Shown: positions 19,299 through 28,867 of the stretch, piece by piece
How positions within the stretch are numbered: position 1 is the first letter of the stretch
Layout of the letters: every line of letters starts with the position of its first letter
Source: Mycobacterium leprae TN
Lineage (GTDB): Bacteria; Actinomycetota; Actinomycetes; Mycobacteriales; Mycobacteriaceae
NCBI RefSeq assembly: GCF_000195855.1
Contig: NC_002677.1
Span: forward strand, 450,001 to 482,000
DNA: 32,000 nt
Direction of reading: 5' to 3'
Program-made: the position numbers and the translations under genes
Notes under the pieces: model-generated
The model's database searches: none
What the model was told of the DNA's origin: nothing
Seen by the model: the letters and a program-made list of their open reading frames with translations, nothing else

Positions 19299-20289
19299 TG
19301 AAATCCGCAGGCGTCGGAACGGCCGGCCTTGGCTTGCGGGAGGCACCGGGCTGGTCCCGGTCGCCACCATCGTCGGAGCCTTGTCGCTCCGATCGATATT
19401 TGAACGCGACAATGCATGCAGAGATCCTTATGTCGATCGGGATTTCGAGAAGCTCGGCGACGAACGTCGCTGTTGGGTGACCATTTCCGGCGGAATGGCG
19501 CTGGTGGTGCGCGAGGAAGGAGCGGTGAAAGCGCCGGTGGCTATGGTCTTCGCCTATGGATTCTATTTGCGTATGGACTCCTTTCACTTTCAGCGGAAGC
19601 GGTTCGGCAAGCGATGGGGACCACAGGTGCGCATGGTCTTCTACGACCACTGCGGCCACGTCCAATCCAGCGAAGTTGCACTGGATACCTACACGCTGAC
19701 CCAACTGGGCCAGGATCTGCGAACAGTGCTGCAGACGGTAACGCCGCATGGGATGATCGTATTGGTCGGCCATTCGATGGAAGGAATACTGAAAAGCCCT
19801 GCTCTGGAAGCAGTTCGGCTCACCTCTCGGTCGGCGTCCAAGCTGATGCACCGCGGCAGCATCGCGTCACAATCACTGATTGGTCCGATTCTGCGAGCCG
19901 CGTCCTATAGCGATCTGCGGGTTAGTCGAGGCTTAGACGCGTTTTCCCAGCGGATCATGAACGACACCTTGATAGCCATCCTGGTGAGCTTTCTTCATGC
20001 CTTGGAACTCCACGAAGAAACCGCTGGCCTATGGCCATTGCTCAGGGTCCCGGCCCTGATTGCGTGCGGTGACCACGACCTGCTTACGTCGGATGAACGC
20101 TCTAGGGGAATGGCAGCCGTGTTGCCACTGTTGGCGCTGGTCATCGTCAGCGGGGCCAGCCGTTTAGCGCTGCTGGACAAGCCCGGTGCCATTAACGACG
20201 GTTTGGTTCGGCTGGTCAACCGAGCTGTTCCGGGCAAAGCGGCGTTGCGATATCGGCGATTCAAGGAACGGTTACAGCGCCATGGCTGA
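19213..20289 (+). CDS. alpha/beta-hydrolase-fold protein with degenerate catalytic motifs (possible pseudoenzyme or recently inactivated gene)
   Basis: Uninterrupted 358-codon ORF; the start is uncertain (19213, ATG 19228 or TTG 19288). It has an N-terminal hydrophobic segment ([19 protein letters not shown]). The fold motifs are present but altered: VFAYGF (expected HGF), GHSMEG (expected GxSxG), GASRL (expected GxGH). The stop overlaps the tsaE start (ATGGCTGA). Confidence 0.6.
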   Translation: MELSTMKWSPVYAGGSPERTARPKPLTDDEIRRRRNGRPWLAGGTGLVPVATIVGALSLRSIFERDNACRDPYVDRDFEKLGDERRCWVTISGGMALVVREEGAVKAPVAMVFAYGFYLRMDSFHFQRKRFGKRWGPQVRMVFYDHCGHVQSSEVALDTYTLTQLGQDLRTVLQTVTPHGMIVLVGHSMEGILKSPALEAVRLTSRSASKLMHRGSIASQSLIGPILRAASYSDLRVSRGLDAFSQRIMNDTLIAILVSFLHALELHEETAGLWPLLRVPALIACGDHDLLTSDERSRGMAAVLPLLALVIVSGASRLALLDKPGAINDGLVRLVNRAVPGKAALRYRRFKERLQRHG

Positions 20290-20767
20290 GTACAGCCTGA
20301 GATCAGGAGCGGTCATCTGCGAACGTGTCGAGGACACCGTTGCGCTGGGGTCACGGTTGGGGGAACAGTTACGCGCGGGTGACGTGGTGGTGCTCTCCGG
20401 TCCGCTAGGTGCTGGAAAGACCGTGCTGGCCAAGGGTATTGCCGTGGCGATGGATGTCGACGGTCCGGTCATTTCGCCGACCTACGTGCTGGCGCGGGTG
20501 CACCTGCCGCGACGGCTCGGTACCCCGGCGATGATCCACGTCGATGTTTACCGGCTGTTGGACCATCGCGATGCCGATCTGGTGGGTGAGCTCGACTCAT
20601 TGGATCTAGACACCGATCTCGCCGAAGCGGTGGTGGTGATGGAGTGGGGTGCGGGTCTAGCTGAATGTCTAGCTGCGCGACACCTCGACATTCGTCTCGA
20701 ACGAGTCAGATACTCCGATGTGCGTATCGCTACCTGGCAGTGGGTGTGTTCCCGGGACCGTCCATGA
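20282..20767 (+). CDS. tsaE: tRNA t6A37 biosynthesis ATPase TsaE
   Basis: 161 aa from the ATG at 20282. It has the P-loop LSGPLGAGKTVLAKGI, then SPTYVL...HVDVYRL, which is typical TsaE/YjeE. ATGA overlap with the next gene. Confidence 0.88.
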   Translation: MAEYSLRSGAVICERVEDTVALGSRLGEQLRAGDVVVLSGPLGAGKTVLAKGIAVAMDVDGPVISPTYVLARVHLPRRLGTPAMIHVDVYRLLDHRDADLVGELDSLDLDTDLAEAVVVMEWGAGLAECLAARHLDIRLERVRYSDVRIATWQWVCSRDRP

Positions 20768-21843
20768 GTATTGTCCTCGCCATCGACACCGCCACCGCGG
20801 CGGTGACGGCCGGCATCGTGGCATTCGATGGTCACGACTGTTTTACGCTCGCCGAGCGGGTCACCGTCGACGCCAAGGCGCATGTTGAACGCCTCACGCC
20901 GAACGTGTTGGTCGCTCTCGCTGATGCCGAGTTGGCAATGTGTGAGCTCGACGCCGTGGTGGTGGGCTGTGGTCCTGGTCCGTTTACCGGTCTGCGCGTT
21001 GGCATGGCAACTGCTGCTGCTTACGGGCATGCGCTGGGCATTCCGGTGCATGGTGTGTGCAGTCTGGACGCTATTGGTGTGCGAACCACCGGCGATACGC
21101 TAGTGGTTACTGATGCGCGCCGCCACGAGGTTTATTGGGCCCGTTATCGAGACGGAGTTCGCATCGCCGGTCCTGCCGTCGGCTCTCCCACCGATGTCGA
21201 TCCCGGCACCGCGCTGACGGTGGCCGGCTCGCCTGAGCACGCGGCGCTGTTCGGCCTGCCACTGTGCGAACCGATCTACCCGACGCCGGCTGGCTTGGTA
21301 GCCGCAGTGCCTGACTGGTCGGTGTCCCCGATCCCACTGGTAGCGTTGTATTTGCGTCGGCCGGATGCCAAGCCAATTACTGCCGACAACGAGCCCATAG
21401 TCATCGGTACGTTGACACCCGCCGACGTCGATCGGTGTGCCCAGCTGGAAAGCCAGTTCTTCGACGGCGACAACCCATGGCCGGCTGCAGCGTTCGACCG
21501 CGAACTGGCCAACTCATATAACTGTTACGTGGGTGCACGCACTGCTGACACGCTCGTCGGTTATGCTGGCATCACCCGCTTGGGCCACACCCCTCCATTC
21601 GAATACGAAGTGCACACCATCGCTGTAGATCCGGCATACCGAGGGCGCGGTGTCGGCCGCCGACTGCTGGGTGAGCTGCTGGATTTCGCCGGTAGTGGTG
21701 CGATCTACCTGGAGGTCCGCACCGACAACGAGACCGCCATTGCGTTATACCGCAGTGTGGGATTCGAACGGATCGGTCTACGCCCCCGCTACTACCCAGC
21801 CAGCGGTGCCGATGCTTACCTCATGCGAAGGGAGGCGCAATGA
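20764..21843 (+). CDS. TsaB (t6A dimerisation subunit) fused in frame to RimI-type GNAT acetyltransferase
   Basis: 359 aa from the ATG at 20764. The N-terminal about 205 aa ([19 protein letters not shown]...[31 protein letters not shown]...[10 protein letters not shown]) are TsaB/YeaZ. This runs without a stop into [25 protein letters not shown]...[15 protein letters not shown]...[23 protein letters not shown], a RimI GNAT domain with the Q/RxxGxG/A acetyl-CoA motif. Confidence 0.88.
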   Translation: MSIVLAIDTATAAVTAGIVAFDGHDCFTLAERVTVDAKAHVERLTPNVLVALADAELAMCELDAVVVGCGPGPFTGLRVGMATAAAYGHALGIPVHGVCSLDAIGVRTTGDTLVVTDARRHEVYWARYRDGVRIAGPAVGSPTDVDPGTALTVAGSPEHAALFGLPLCEPIYPTPAGLVAAVPDWSVSPIPLVALYLRRPDAKPITADNEPIVIGTLTPADVDRCAQLESQFFDGDNPWPAAAFDRELANSYNCYVGARTADTLVGYAGITRLGHTPPFEYEVHTIAVDPAYRGRGVGRRLLGELLDFAGSGAIYLEVRTDNETAIALYRSVGFERIGLRPRYYPASGADAYLMRREAQ

Positions 21844-22895
21844 CGATCTCTGCTGTGCCCGGCACGATTATCTTGGCCATCGAAACCTCTTGCGATGAAA
21901 CCGGTGTTGGTATTGCCTGCCTCGATGACTATGGCACCGTGACATTGTTGGCTGACGAGGTGGCTTCCAGCGTCGACGAGCAGGCCCGGTTTGGTGGTGT
22001 GGTGCCCGAGATTGCCTCACGGGCGCATCTAGAGGCTCTTGGCCCCACCATACGCTGCGCGCTTGCTGCTGCCGGCCTGACCGGTTCGGCCAAGCCAGAT
22101 GTTGTAGCCGCCACGATAGGGCCCGGGTTAGCCGGTGCTTTGTTGGTAGGAGTGGCTGCGGCTAAAGCGTACTCGGCTGCCTGGGGAGTGCCGTTCTACG
22201 CCGTGAACCACCTGGGTGGACACCTGGCTGCCGACGTCTACGAACATGGACCGTTGCCCGAGTGTGTGGCGCTACTGGTGTCTGGAGGCCATACCCACCT
22301 GTTGCAGGTGCGTTCACTTGGGGCGCCCATTGTCGAGCTGGGCAGTACCGTCGACGACGCCGCCGGTGAAGCTTACGATAAGGTCGCGCGCCTACTGGGA
22401 TTGGGTTATCCAGGCGGTAAAGTGCTAGACGACCTAGCTCGTACCGGCGATCGGGATGCCATTGTGTTCCCACGCGGCATGACTGGGCCGGCCGACGACC
22501 TAAACGCGTTCAGCTTTTCAGGGCTCAAAACCGCTGTCGCACGATATGTCGAGAGTCACCCCGACGCGCTGCCGGCCGATGTCGCCGCTGGGTTTCAGGA
22601 GGCTGTCGCCGATGTGTTGACCATGAAGGCGGTGCGTGCGGCGACCGGGCTCGGCGTTTCCACTTTGTTGATCGTCGGGGGAGTGGCCGCGAATTCGCGG
22701 CTGCGCGAGCTAGCCGCGCAGCGCTGCGCGGCGGCGGGGCTGATGCTGCGGATCCCAGGGCCGCGGTTCTGCACCGACAACGGGGCGATGATCGCCGCGT
22801 TCGCCGCACATCTGCTGGCTGCGGCCGCGCCACCGTCACCGTTGGATGTGCCCAGCGACCCGGGCCTTCCGGTGGTAAAAAGGCAGATTAATTGA
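21840..22895 (+). CDS. tsaD: tRNA N6-adenosine threonylcarbamoyltransferase TsaD
   Basis: 351 aa with an ATGA overlap to the upstream gene and GGGAGG as [37 protein letters not shown] and [10 protein letters not shown] are Kae1/TsaD signatures. Confidence 0.95.
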   Translation: MTISAVPGTIILAIETSCDETGVGIACLDDYGTVTLLADEVASSVDEQARFGGVVPEIASRAHLEALGPTIRCALAAAGLTGSAKPDVVAATIGPGLAGALLVGVAAAKAYSAAWGVPFYAVNHLGGHLAADVYEHGPLPECVALLVSGGHTHLLQVRSLGAPIVELGSTVDDAAGEAYDKVARLLGLGYPGGKVLDDLARTGDRDAIVFPRGMTGPADDLNAFSFSGLKTAVARYVESHPDALPADVAAGFQEAVADVLTMKAVRAATGLGVSTLLIVGGVAANSRLRELAAQRCAAAGLMLRIPGPRFCTDNGAMIAAFAAHLLAAAAPPSPLDVPSDPGLPVVKRQIN

Positions 22896-22935
22896 GCTAG
22901 ACACGCCAACAGCCAGGAAGCAGCGGGCCGGCCTT

Positions 22936-22967
22936 GAGTGCTAGCACTCGCGTGTATAGAGTGCTAG
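22936..22967. promoter_or_regulatory. CIRCE (HrcA operator) with an extra overlapping half-site
   Basis: CTAGCACTC-N9-GAGTGCTAG at 22941-22967 matches the consensus TTAGCACTC-N9-GAGTGCTAA. An additional GAGTGCTAG at 22936-22944 forms the 14-bp palindrome GAGTGCTAGCACTC. It lies about 210 nt upstream of groES. A possible -35 TTGAGT and -10 TATAGA are embedded in it. Confidence 0.85.
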
Positions 22968-23089
22968 ATGGCAGTCGGCCAGACCCCAGTGTCGGCACCC
23001 GCGACGACGATGCGAGGGTACGGGCGAATGCCGAATCACCTGATAATTCGGTCGGTTCGGGGTAAGCCCTGGACCGACCGCCAAGTGCC

Positions 23090-23149
23090 GGTCCGGGACC
23101 TGCGTCCCGAACCCGCTACCAACACAGTCCGGGACGCAGGTCCCGGGCC
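23090..23149 (+). promoter_or_regulatory. long hairpin in the groES 5' leader
   Basis: CCGGGACCTGCGTCCCG (23093-23109) is the exact reverse complement of CGGGACGCAGGTCCCGG (23130-23146), separated by a 20-nt loop. Each arm is also self-complementary (GGGAC-N4-GTCCC). It ends 28 nt before the groES GTG. Confidence 0.6.
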
Positions 23150-23176
23150 CGATCGAAATAGTGGAGGGCTCCAATC

Positions 23177-23479
23177 GTGGCGAAGGTGAAGATCAAGCCA
23201 CTCGAGGACAAGATTCTCGTACAGGCCGGCGAGGCCGAGACCATGACCCCGTCCGGTCTGGTCATTCCTGAAAACGCCAAGGAGAAGCCGCAGGAAGGCA
23301 CCGTTGTCGCAGTCGGCCCCGGCCGGTGGGACGAAGACGGCGCGAAGCGGATCCCGGTGGACGTGTCGGAGGGTGACATCGTTATCTACAGTAAGTACGG
23401 CGGCACTGAGATCAAGTACAATGGCGAGGAATACCTGATCCTGTCGGCACGTGACGTGCTGGCTGTCGTATCCAAGTAA
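23177..23479 (+). CDS. groES: co-chaperonin GroES (10 kDa antigen)
   Basis: 100 aa with a GTG start after [61 protein letters not shown]... is canonical Cpn10. Confidence 0.97.
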   Translation: MAKVKIKPLEDKILVQAGEAETMTPSGLVIPENAKEKPQEGTVVAVGPGRWDEDGAKRIPVDVSEGDIVIYSKYGGTEIKYNGEEYLILSARDVLAVVSK

Positions 23480-23490
23480 CGAACCGTGTT

Positions 23491-23537
23491 CCGCCCCGGC
23501 GATCCCCGTGCTTAACCACGGGTGATTTCCGGGGCGG
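23491..23537 (+). other. nested stem-loop in the groES-groEL1 spacer
   Basis: The outer stem is CCGCCCCGG (23491-23499) paired with CCGGGGCGG (23529-23537). The inner stem is CCCGTG (23505-23510) paired with CACGGG (23517-23522). The groEL1 SD AAGGAG follows it. Confidence 0.55.
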
Positions 23538-23548
23538 CATGCGTTTAA

Positions 23549-25171
<1,623 letters not shown>

Positions 25172-25188
25172 ACAGCCAGTGCGTACCC

Positions 25189-25223
25189 CTAGAAAGACCC
25201 CCGGATACCGGGGGTCTTTCTAG
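25189..25223 (+). terminator. groESL1 intrinsic-type terminator hairpin
   Basis: CTAGAAAGACCCCCGG-ATA-CCGGGGGTCTTTCTAG is a 16-bp perfect stem 18 nt after the groEL1 stop, followed only by TT. Confidence 0.8.
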
Positions 25224-25229
25224 TTGATA

Positions 25230-25710
25230 TGCGTTCGGTTTCACAGCAGAGGGCAATACGCTGCCAAAGTTAGCGGAGACCCCCGTCGTGCCGAGCTGGC
25301 CGGGGCCAAGCTGTTACGAGGACTCCCTTCGCCGGTTACCCGCTTTCGCCATAGCCGATCTCCGACTGGCTGCCCAATCCCCCAGGTCAACAGCATCGGC
25401 AACGCTGTTGACCTGGGGGATTGGGCAGCTAAGAAGCTGCCCTACACTCAACTCGTTATTCGGGGGGTCGGCTGCACCACGGTCGTCCGGTGCCTATTTC
25501 ACTGGCCCGCGTCGCCTTAGCCGAACTCGCGCGTGACTCGATTGGACATGTTCACAGGACCCAGCGATATCAAGCTGCGCACCTGCCACGGCCCCGGATG
25601 CGTGGTATATATTTTGTCTATTTTGTCAGATCTCACCCTCGCCGCGAATGGTGCTCGGAAACCTGTGGTAAACGCGGCCAGGACGCGCGACGCTACCGAC
25701 GGATTAGCGT
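25230..25710 (+). pseudogene. CGNR zinc-finger (ABATE-family) protein pseudogene
   Basis: The C-terminal signature is split over two frames: KLRTCHGPGCVVY... and ...SHPRREWCSETCGKRGQDARRYRRI (compare C-x2-C...WCS-x2-CGNR-x-K). The N-terminal part is only weakly recognisable. Confidence 0.45.
25369..25429. repeat. 26-bp perfect inverted repeat with a 9-nt spacer
   Basis: GCTGCCCAATCCCCCAGGTCAACAGC (25369-25394), ATCGGCAAC, then GCTGTTGACCTGGGGGATTGGGCAGC (25404-25429). I checked it base by base. Confidence 0.9.
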
Positions 25711-25770
25711 CCACGCAATTTAGGTTGACCTAGGGTGGCTTGCAACCGGTGCTGGTCCAAGCCAGGTTTA

Positions 25771-26079
25771 TTAGGCGCTGCGAGGGATACTGCGGCTGCG
25801 CGCGAGATCGCCCTTGAGGAGTAGGTCGCGCTCGGATTCGGACAAACCGCCCCAAACGCCGTAGGGTTCGCCGACGTCCAGCGCATGAGCACGACATTCC
25901 TCGATAACCGGACAGCGCCGGCACATTTCCTTAGCGCGCTGCTCGCGTTGCATACGGGCACGGCCACGCTCCCCGTCGGGATGGAAGAACATTGATGAAT
26001 CAACGCCGCGACACAGGCCTTGCAGTTGCCAGTTCCAGATAGTGGCGTTGGGCCCAGGTAGCTGCTTAGGCTGTGGCAT
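25771..26079 (-). CDS. whiB3: WhiB-family redox-sensing transcription factor WhiB3
   Basis: 102 aa from the ATG at 26079, with GAGGGA as SD. MPQPKQLPGPNATIWNWQLQGLCRGVDSSMFFHP...EMCRRCPVIEECRAHAL...GVWGG has the four Cys, the G(V/I)WGG turn and a basic tail. Confidence 0.93.
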   Translation of the reverse strand: MPQPKQLPGPNATIWNWQLQGLCRGVDSSMFFHPDGERGRARMQREQRAKEMCRRCPVIEECRAHALDVGEPYGVWGGLSESERDLLLKGDLARSRSIPRSA

Positions 26080-26138
26080 TACGTATTCCCTCTCTGCACG
26101 GTACGCCCAAGTGGAGGGTGGGTTCACAAACGTACGTG

Positions 26139-26150
26139 AGTGTGCACACT
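26139..26150. promoter_or_regulatory. 12-bp perfect palindrome AGTGTGCACACT in the whiB3 upstream region
   Basis: It lies 60-70 nt upstream of the whiB3 start codon, next to TCAC-N8-GTGA (26123-26138). Confidence 0.35.
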
Positions 26151-26439
26151 GATTTTGGAGTGGCGTCATCGATGACTACCCGACAACATTAGACGGTAAG
26201 TGGGCTGACGAATTAGAGTCAATAGCCACTCTCCGCGGCAAAATGTGTAAGGGTTGCACGAGAATTAATACTGCGTTCATCTCCGACGTTTTCGCCGAAT
26301 GTAAAACTTGCTGTACGGAGGAGCCTATCGATGCCAAGTTTTTCCAGTTCCGAGTCCTTATGTCTAGGCTTCGGCAATTAGGCTACGGGTGGACCTGGGT
26401 TAATATTTCGGTAACGTAGACACTACACAGATTGGACTA

Positions 26440-27285
26440 GTGACCTCGGTTAGCATTGTGGTTGAAATTGGTCACACTTCGGCGGCTGAGCCAATGCTTG
26501 CTGCCGCTGCCTTTGGAAACCAGCCGGGCCGTTGGCCGTTGCCGACGGCTACTACACCTCACCAACTGTGGTTGCGAGCCGTTGCGGCCGGTGGGCAGGG
26601 TCACTACAGCAGCGCCTACCGCGACCTGGCGGTGTTGCGACGCAGCGTTCCGGCCGGGAGGCTGGCCTCGCTGGCGCACAGTACACACGGATCGTTCTTG
26701 CGCCAACTCGGTTGGCACTCGTTGGCGCGGGGTTGGGATGGTCGTGCCCTGGTGCTGGCTGGCACCGATTCCGAGGCTCGTGCCGATGCATTGATCGGGC
26801 TGGCGGCCGACGCGCTCGGCGTCGGCCGTTTGGCCGCCGCGGCGACATTGTTGAGGCGCGTAGGCTCGGCGCTAGCTCCGGCACAATTGCCGGCTCAGGT
26901 GGCGGACCGGTTGGCGGTGCGTCGGCGCTGGGTGGCCGCTGAATTAGCGATGGCCGTAGGTGACGGGGCGACTGCTGTGCGTCACGCCCGGGAAGCGGTT
27001 GAACTGGCCCAGGTTGGGAGAGTCGTGTCGGTGCGGCACCAGGTCAAAAGTGATGTCGTGCTGGCCGCCGCCCTATGCAGCGCCGCCACTGAGCGCGCCC
27101 GCGTCGTCGCTGAGGCGGCACTGGCGGCCACTGGCCGATTAGGGTTGATACCACTTCGCTGGGCACTGGCTTGCTTGCTGATCGATATCGGAAGCGTCAC
27201 GTTTAGCGAACCGGAGTTGTCCGAGCTTCGCGATGTCTGCGCAGACCAGGTGCGGCGTGCCGGTGGAACCTGGCGTACCGCGTGA
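26440..27285 (+). CDS. conserved hypothetical Ala/Leu/Arg-rich protein (Rv3415c-position homologue)
   Basis: 281-aa uninterrupted ORF with a GTG start, beginning VTSVSIVVEIGHTSAAEPMLAAAAFGNQPGRWPL. It is repetitive and helical in character, and I recognise no enzymatic motif. Confidence 0.6.
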   Translation: MTSVSIVVEIGHTSAAEPMLAAAAFGNQPGRWPLPTATTPHQLWLRAVAAGGQGHYSSAYRDLAVLRRSVPAGRLASLAHSTHGSFLRQLGWHSLARGWDGRALVLAGTDSEARADALIGLAADALGVGRLAAAATLLRRVGSALAPAQLPAQVADRLAVRRRWVAAELAMAVGDGATAVRHAREAVELAQVGRVVSVRHQVKSDVVLAAALCSAATERARVVAEAALAATGRLGLIPLRWALACLLIDIGSVTFSEPELSELRDVCADQVRRAGGTWRTA

Positions 27286-27369
27286 CATGGCATCTGGCCG
27301 TTATTGCTTAGCTGTGTCTTAGCCTGAGATGTGTCCGGGACCGTAGCGTTGGCGAGACCGCCGTAATTA

Positions 27370-27958
27370 TAGTTTAAAATGGGACCGTCTCGATACTGTG
27401 GTGGCTGAGGCCGTGACTGGCGATCAGGAATGCACTTCGCGAAGTGCTGGAGACCATTCGCTCGATCGTCGTGCGATATTGCCGCGCTCGAATCGACCGA
27501 ATCGACACGGTTGAGCGGAGTGGTCTGTCAGCCGACGATTTGGCACAGGAGGTTTGCTTGGCGGCCATAATCGCGCTGCCCAGCTACCGGGACCGGGGGA
27601 TGCCCGTTTTCCTGGCCTTTCTGCATGGCATCATCGCCCACAACGTAGCTGACGCCCATCGGTCTGCCGGCCACGGTTTTTGCCTATCTAGCCGGAGCAG
27701 TTCCCGAGCGCTGGTCGGCCGACGCGGGCCCGGAGCAGCTGTTCATCCAAGCCGATTCGGTCACACTGATGAACGAACTGCTCGAGATCTTGCCTGCCAA
27801 GCAGCGCGATATTCTCATCCTGCGTGTGGTCGTCGGCCTGTCTGCCGAGGAGATCGCCGCCGCTGTAGGCAGCAATACCGGGACGGTCCGGGGTAGCCCA
27901 GCACCGCGCGTTGTTGCGGTTGACGTCCGAGATCGTCGCGGCGGGTGATTATGCCTGA
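27370..27958 (+). pseudogene. sigD: ECF sigma factor SigD pseudogene
   Basis: KWDRLDTVVAEAVTGDQE, then a frameshift to NALREVLETIRSIVVRYCRARI...SGLSADDLAQEVCLAAIIALPSYRDRG. Further frameshifts lead to ...LLEILPAKQRDILILRVVVGLSAEEIAAAVGSNTGTVR.. and ..AQHRALLRLTSEIVAAGDYA*. Confidence 0.88.
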
Positions 27959-28737
27959 ATTTGGTTATGCGCTTCCGGAGCAGCTCGCTTTGGACGAGGT
28001 GGCCCGCATGATCTGCTCTTAGATGTGTTCGCCGAACGTCATAGTCGACGTCGACGATCCCGGTGGATGACATGCTGGCCGCGTTGTTGGCGGACTGACG
28101 TGATGACTTGAGGTGGGGGCCCCACCGGCCAGCGCATTGGTGTCCTAAGGTGAGGCCGTCGAGGCGCTGTGCACTGGGATTGCAGAGCCGGCTCACTCCT
28201 CGCGGCCTGGGAGCGGTCGGATCAGTGGCAGTGACTCTGCTAGTTCTGAGTGGACTGGTCGCCGTGGTGGCTGATACCCGTCCCGGACGGATATTGTCCG
28301 GATTGCATACGATGTTCTTGAACACACCCGCAAGTCAATAATAATCAAATTGTGTTGTCCGCCAAGACCGAACTGGCCAAGGTTCAACAAATGATCTGAT
28401 CGCCTAAGGCCAATGGTATCAGACTGAGAATCAGTTGGCTGAGGTTAGCAGCAGCGTGTAATCGATAGAAGACGATAACCGCAGAGATGACCTGATGAAT
28501 GAAATAAATCTGTTGAACACGAAGGTGGAGACCCACAACCCGAATGCCTCGTTGCCGGTGCCGGCCGCCTCAACCACCTTGACCACTAAGCCTCTGCTGG
28601 AGGCGGGCATAACCGGTTCCTGCGCCGCCTGGCTAGTCCTCGACCTAGTTGTCGATTCCACCGGCGAGCCAACACCACCATCACAGGCTGTCGCAAGTTT
28701 CTTCTTCAGAGCCGCCCGGCGTCATGCTCTAAGCTAA
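27951..28737 (+). pseudogene. rsdA: anti-sigma-D factor RsdA pseudogene
   Basis: ATGCCTGA overlap with the sigD end. MPEFGYALPEQLALDEVARMICS*. Later fragments are LGAVGSVAVTLLVLSGLVAVVADTRPGRILSGLHTMFLN (TM helix) and INLLNTKVETHNPNASLP. There are many stops. Confidence 0.72.
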
Positions 28738-28867
28738 AGCGGTGCCGTGACTTTACCGAGGCAAGTGATGCGGCCACCACCGCCTTCCAAGATTATTCAC
28801 CTGCTGCGTGGTCAGTTACATGGCTCTGACCTTGGTGCTGTATGGCACAACAAACGTCGTTCGTTTG

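Noticed and set aside
20665-20763. 33-codon N-terminal extension of the tsaB-rimI ORF in the ORF track
   Set aside because: The extension (MSSCATPRHSSRTSQ...) overlaps the tsaE coding region. The ATG at 20764 forms an ATGA overlap with the tsaE stop, and the conserved TsaB N-terminus ([11 protein letters not shown]) begins there.
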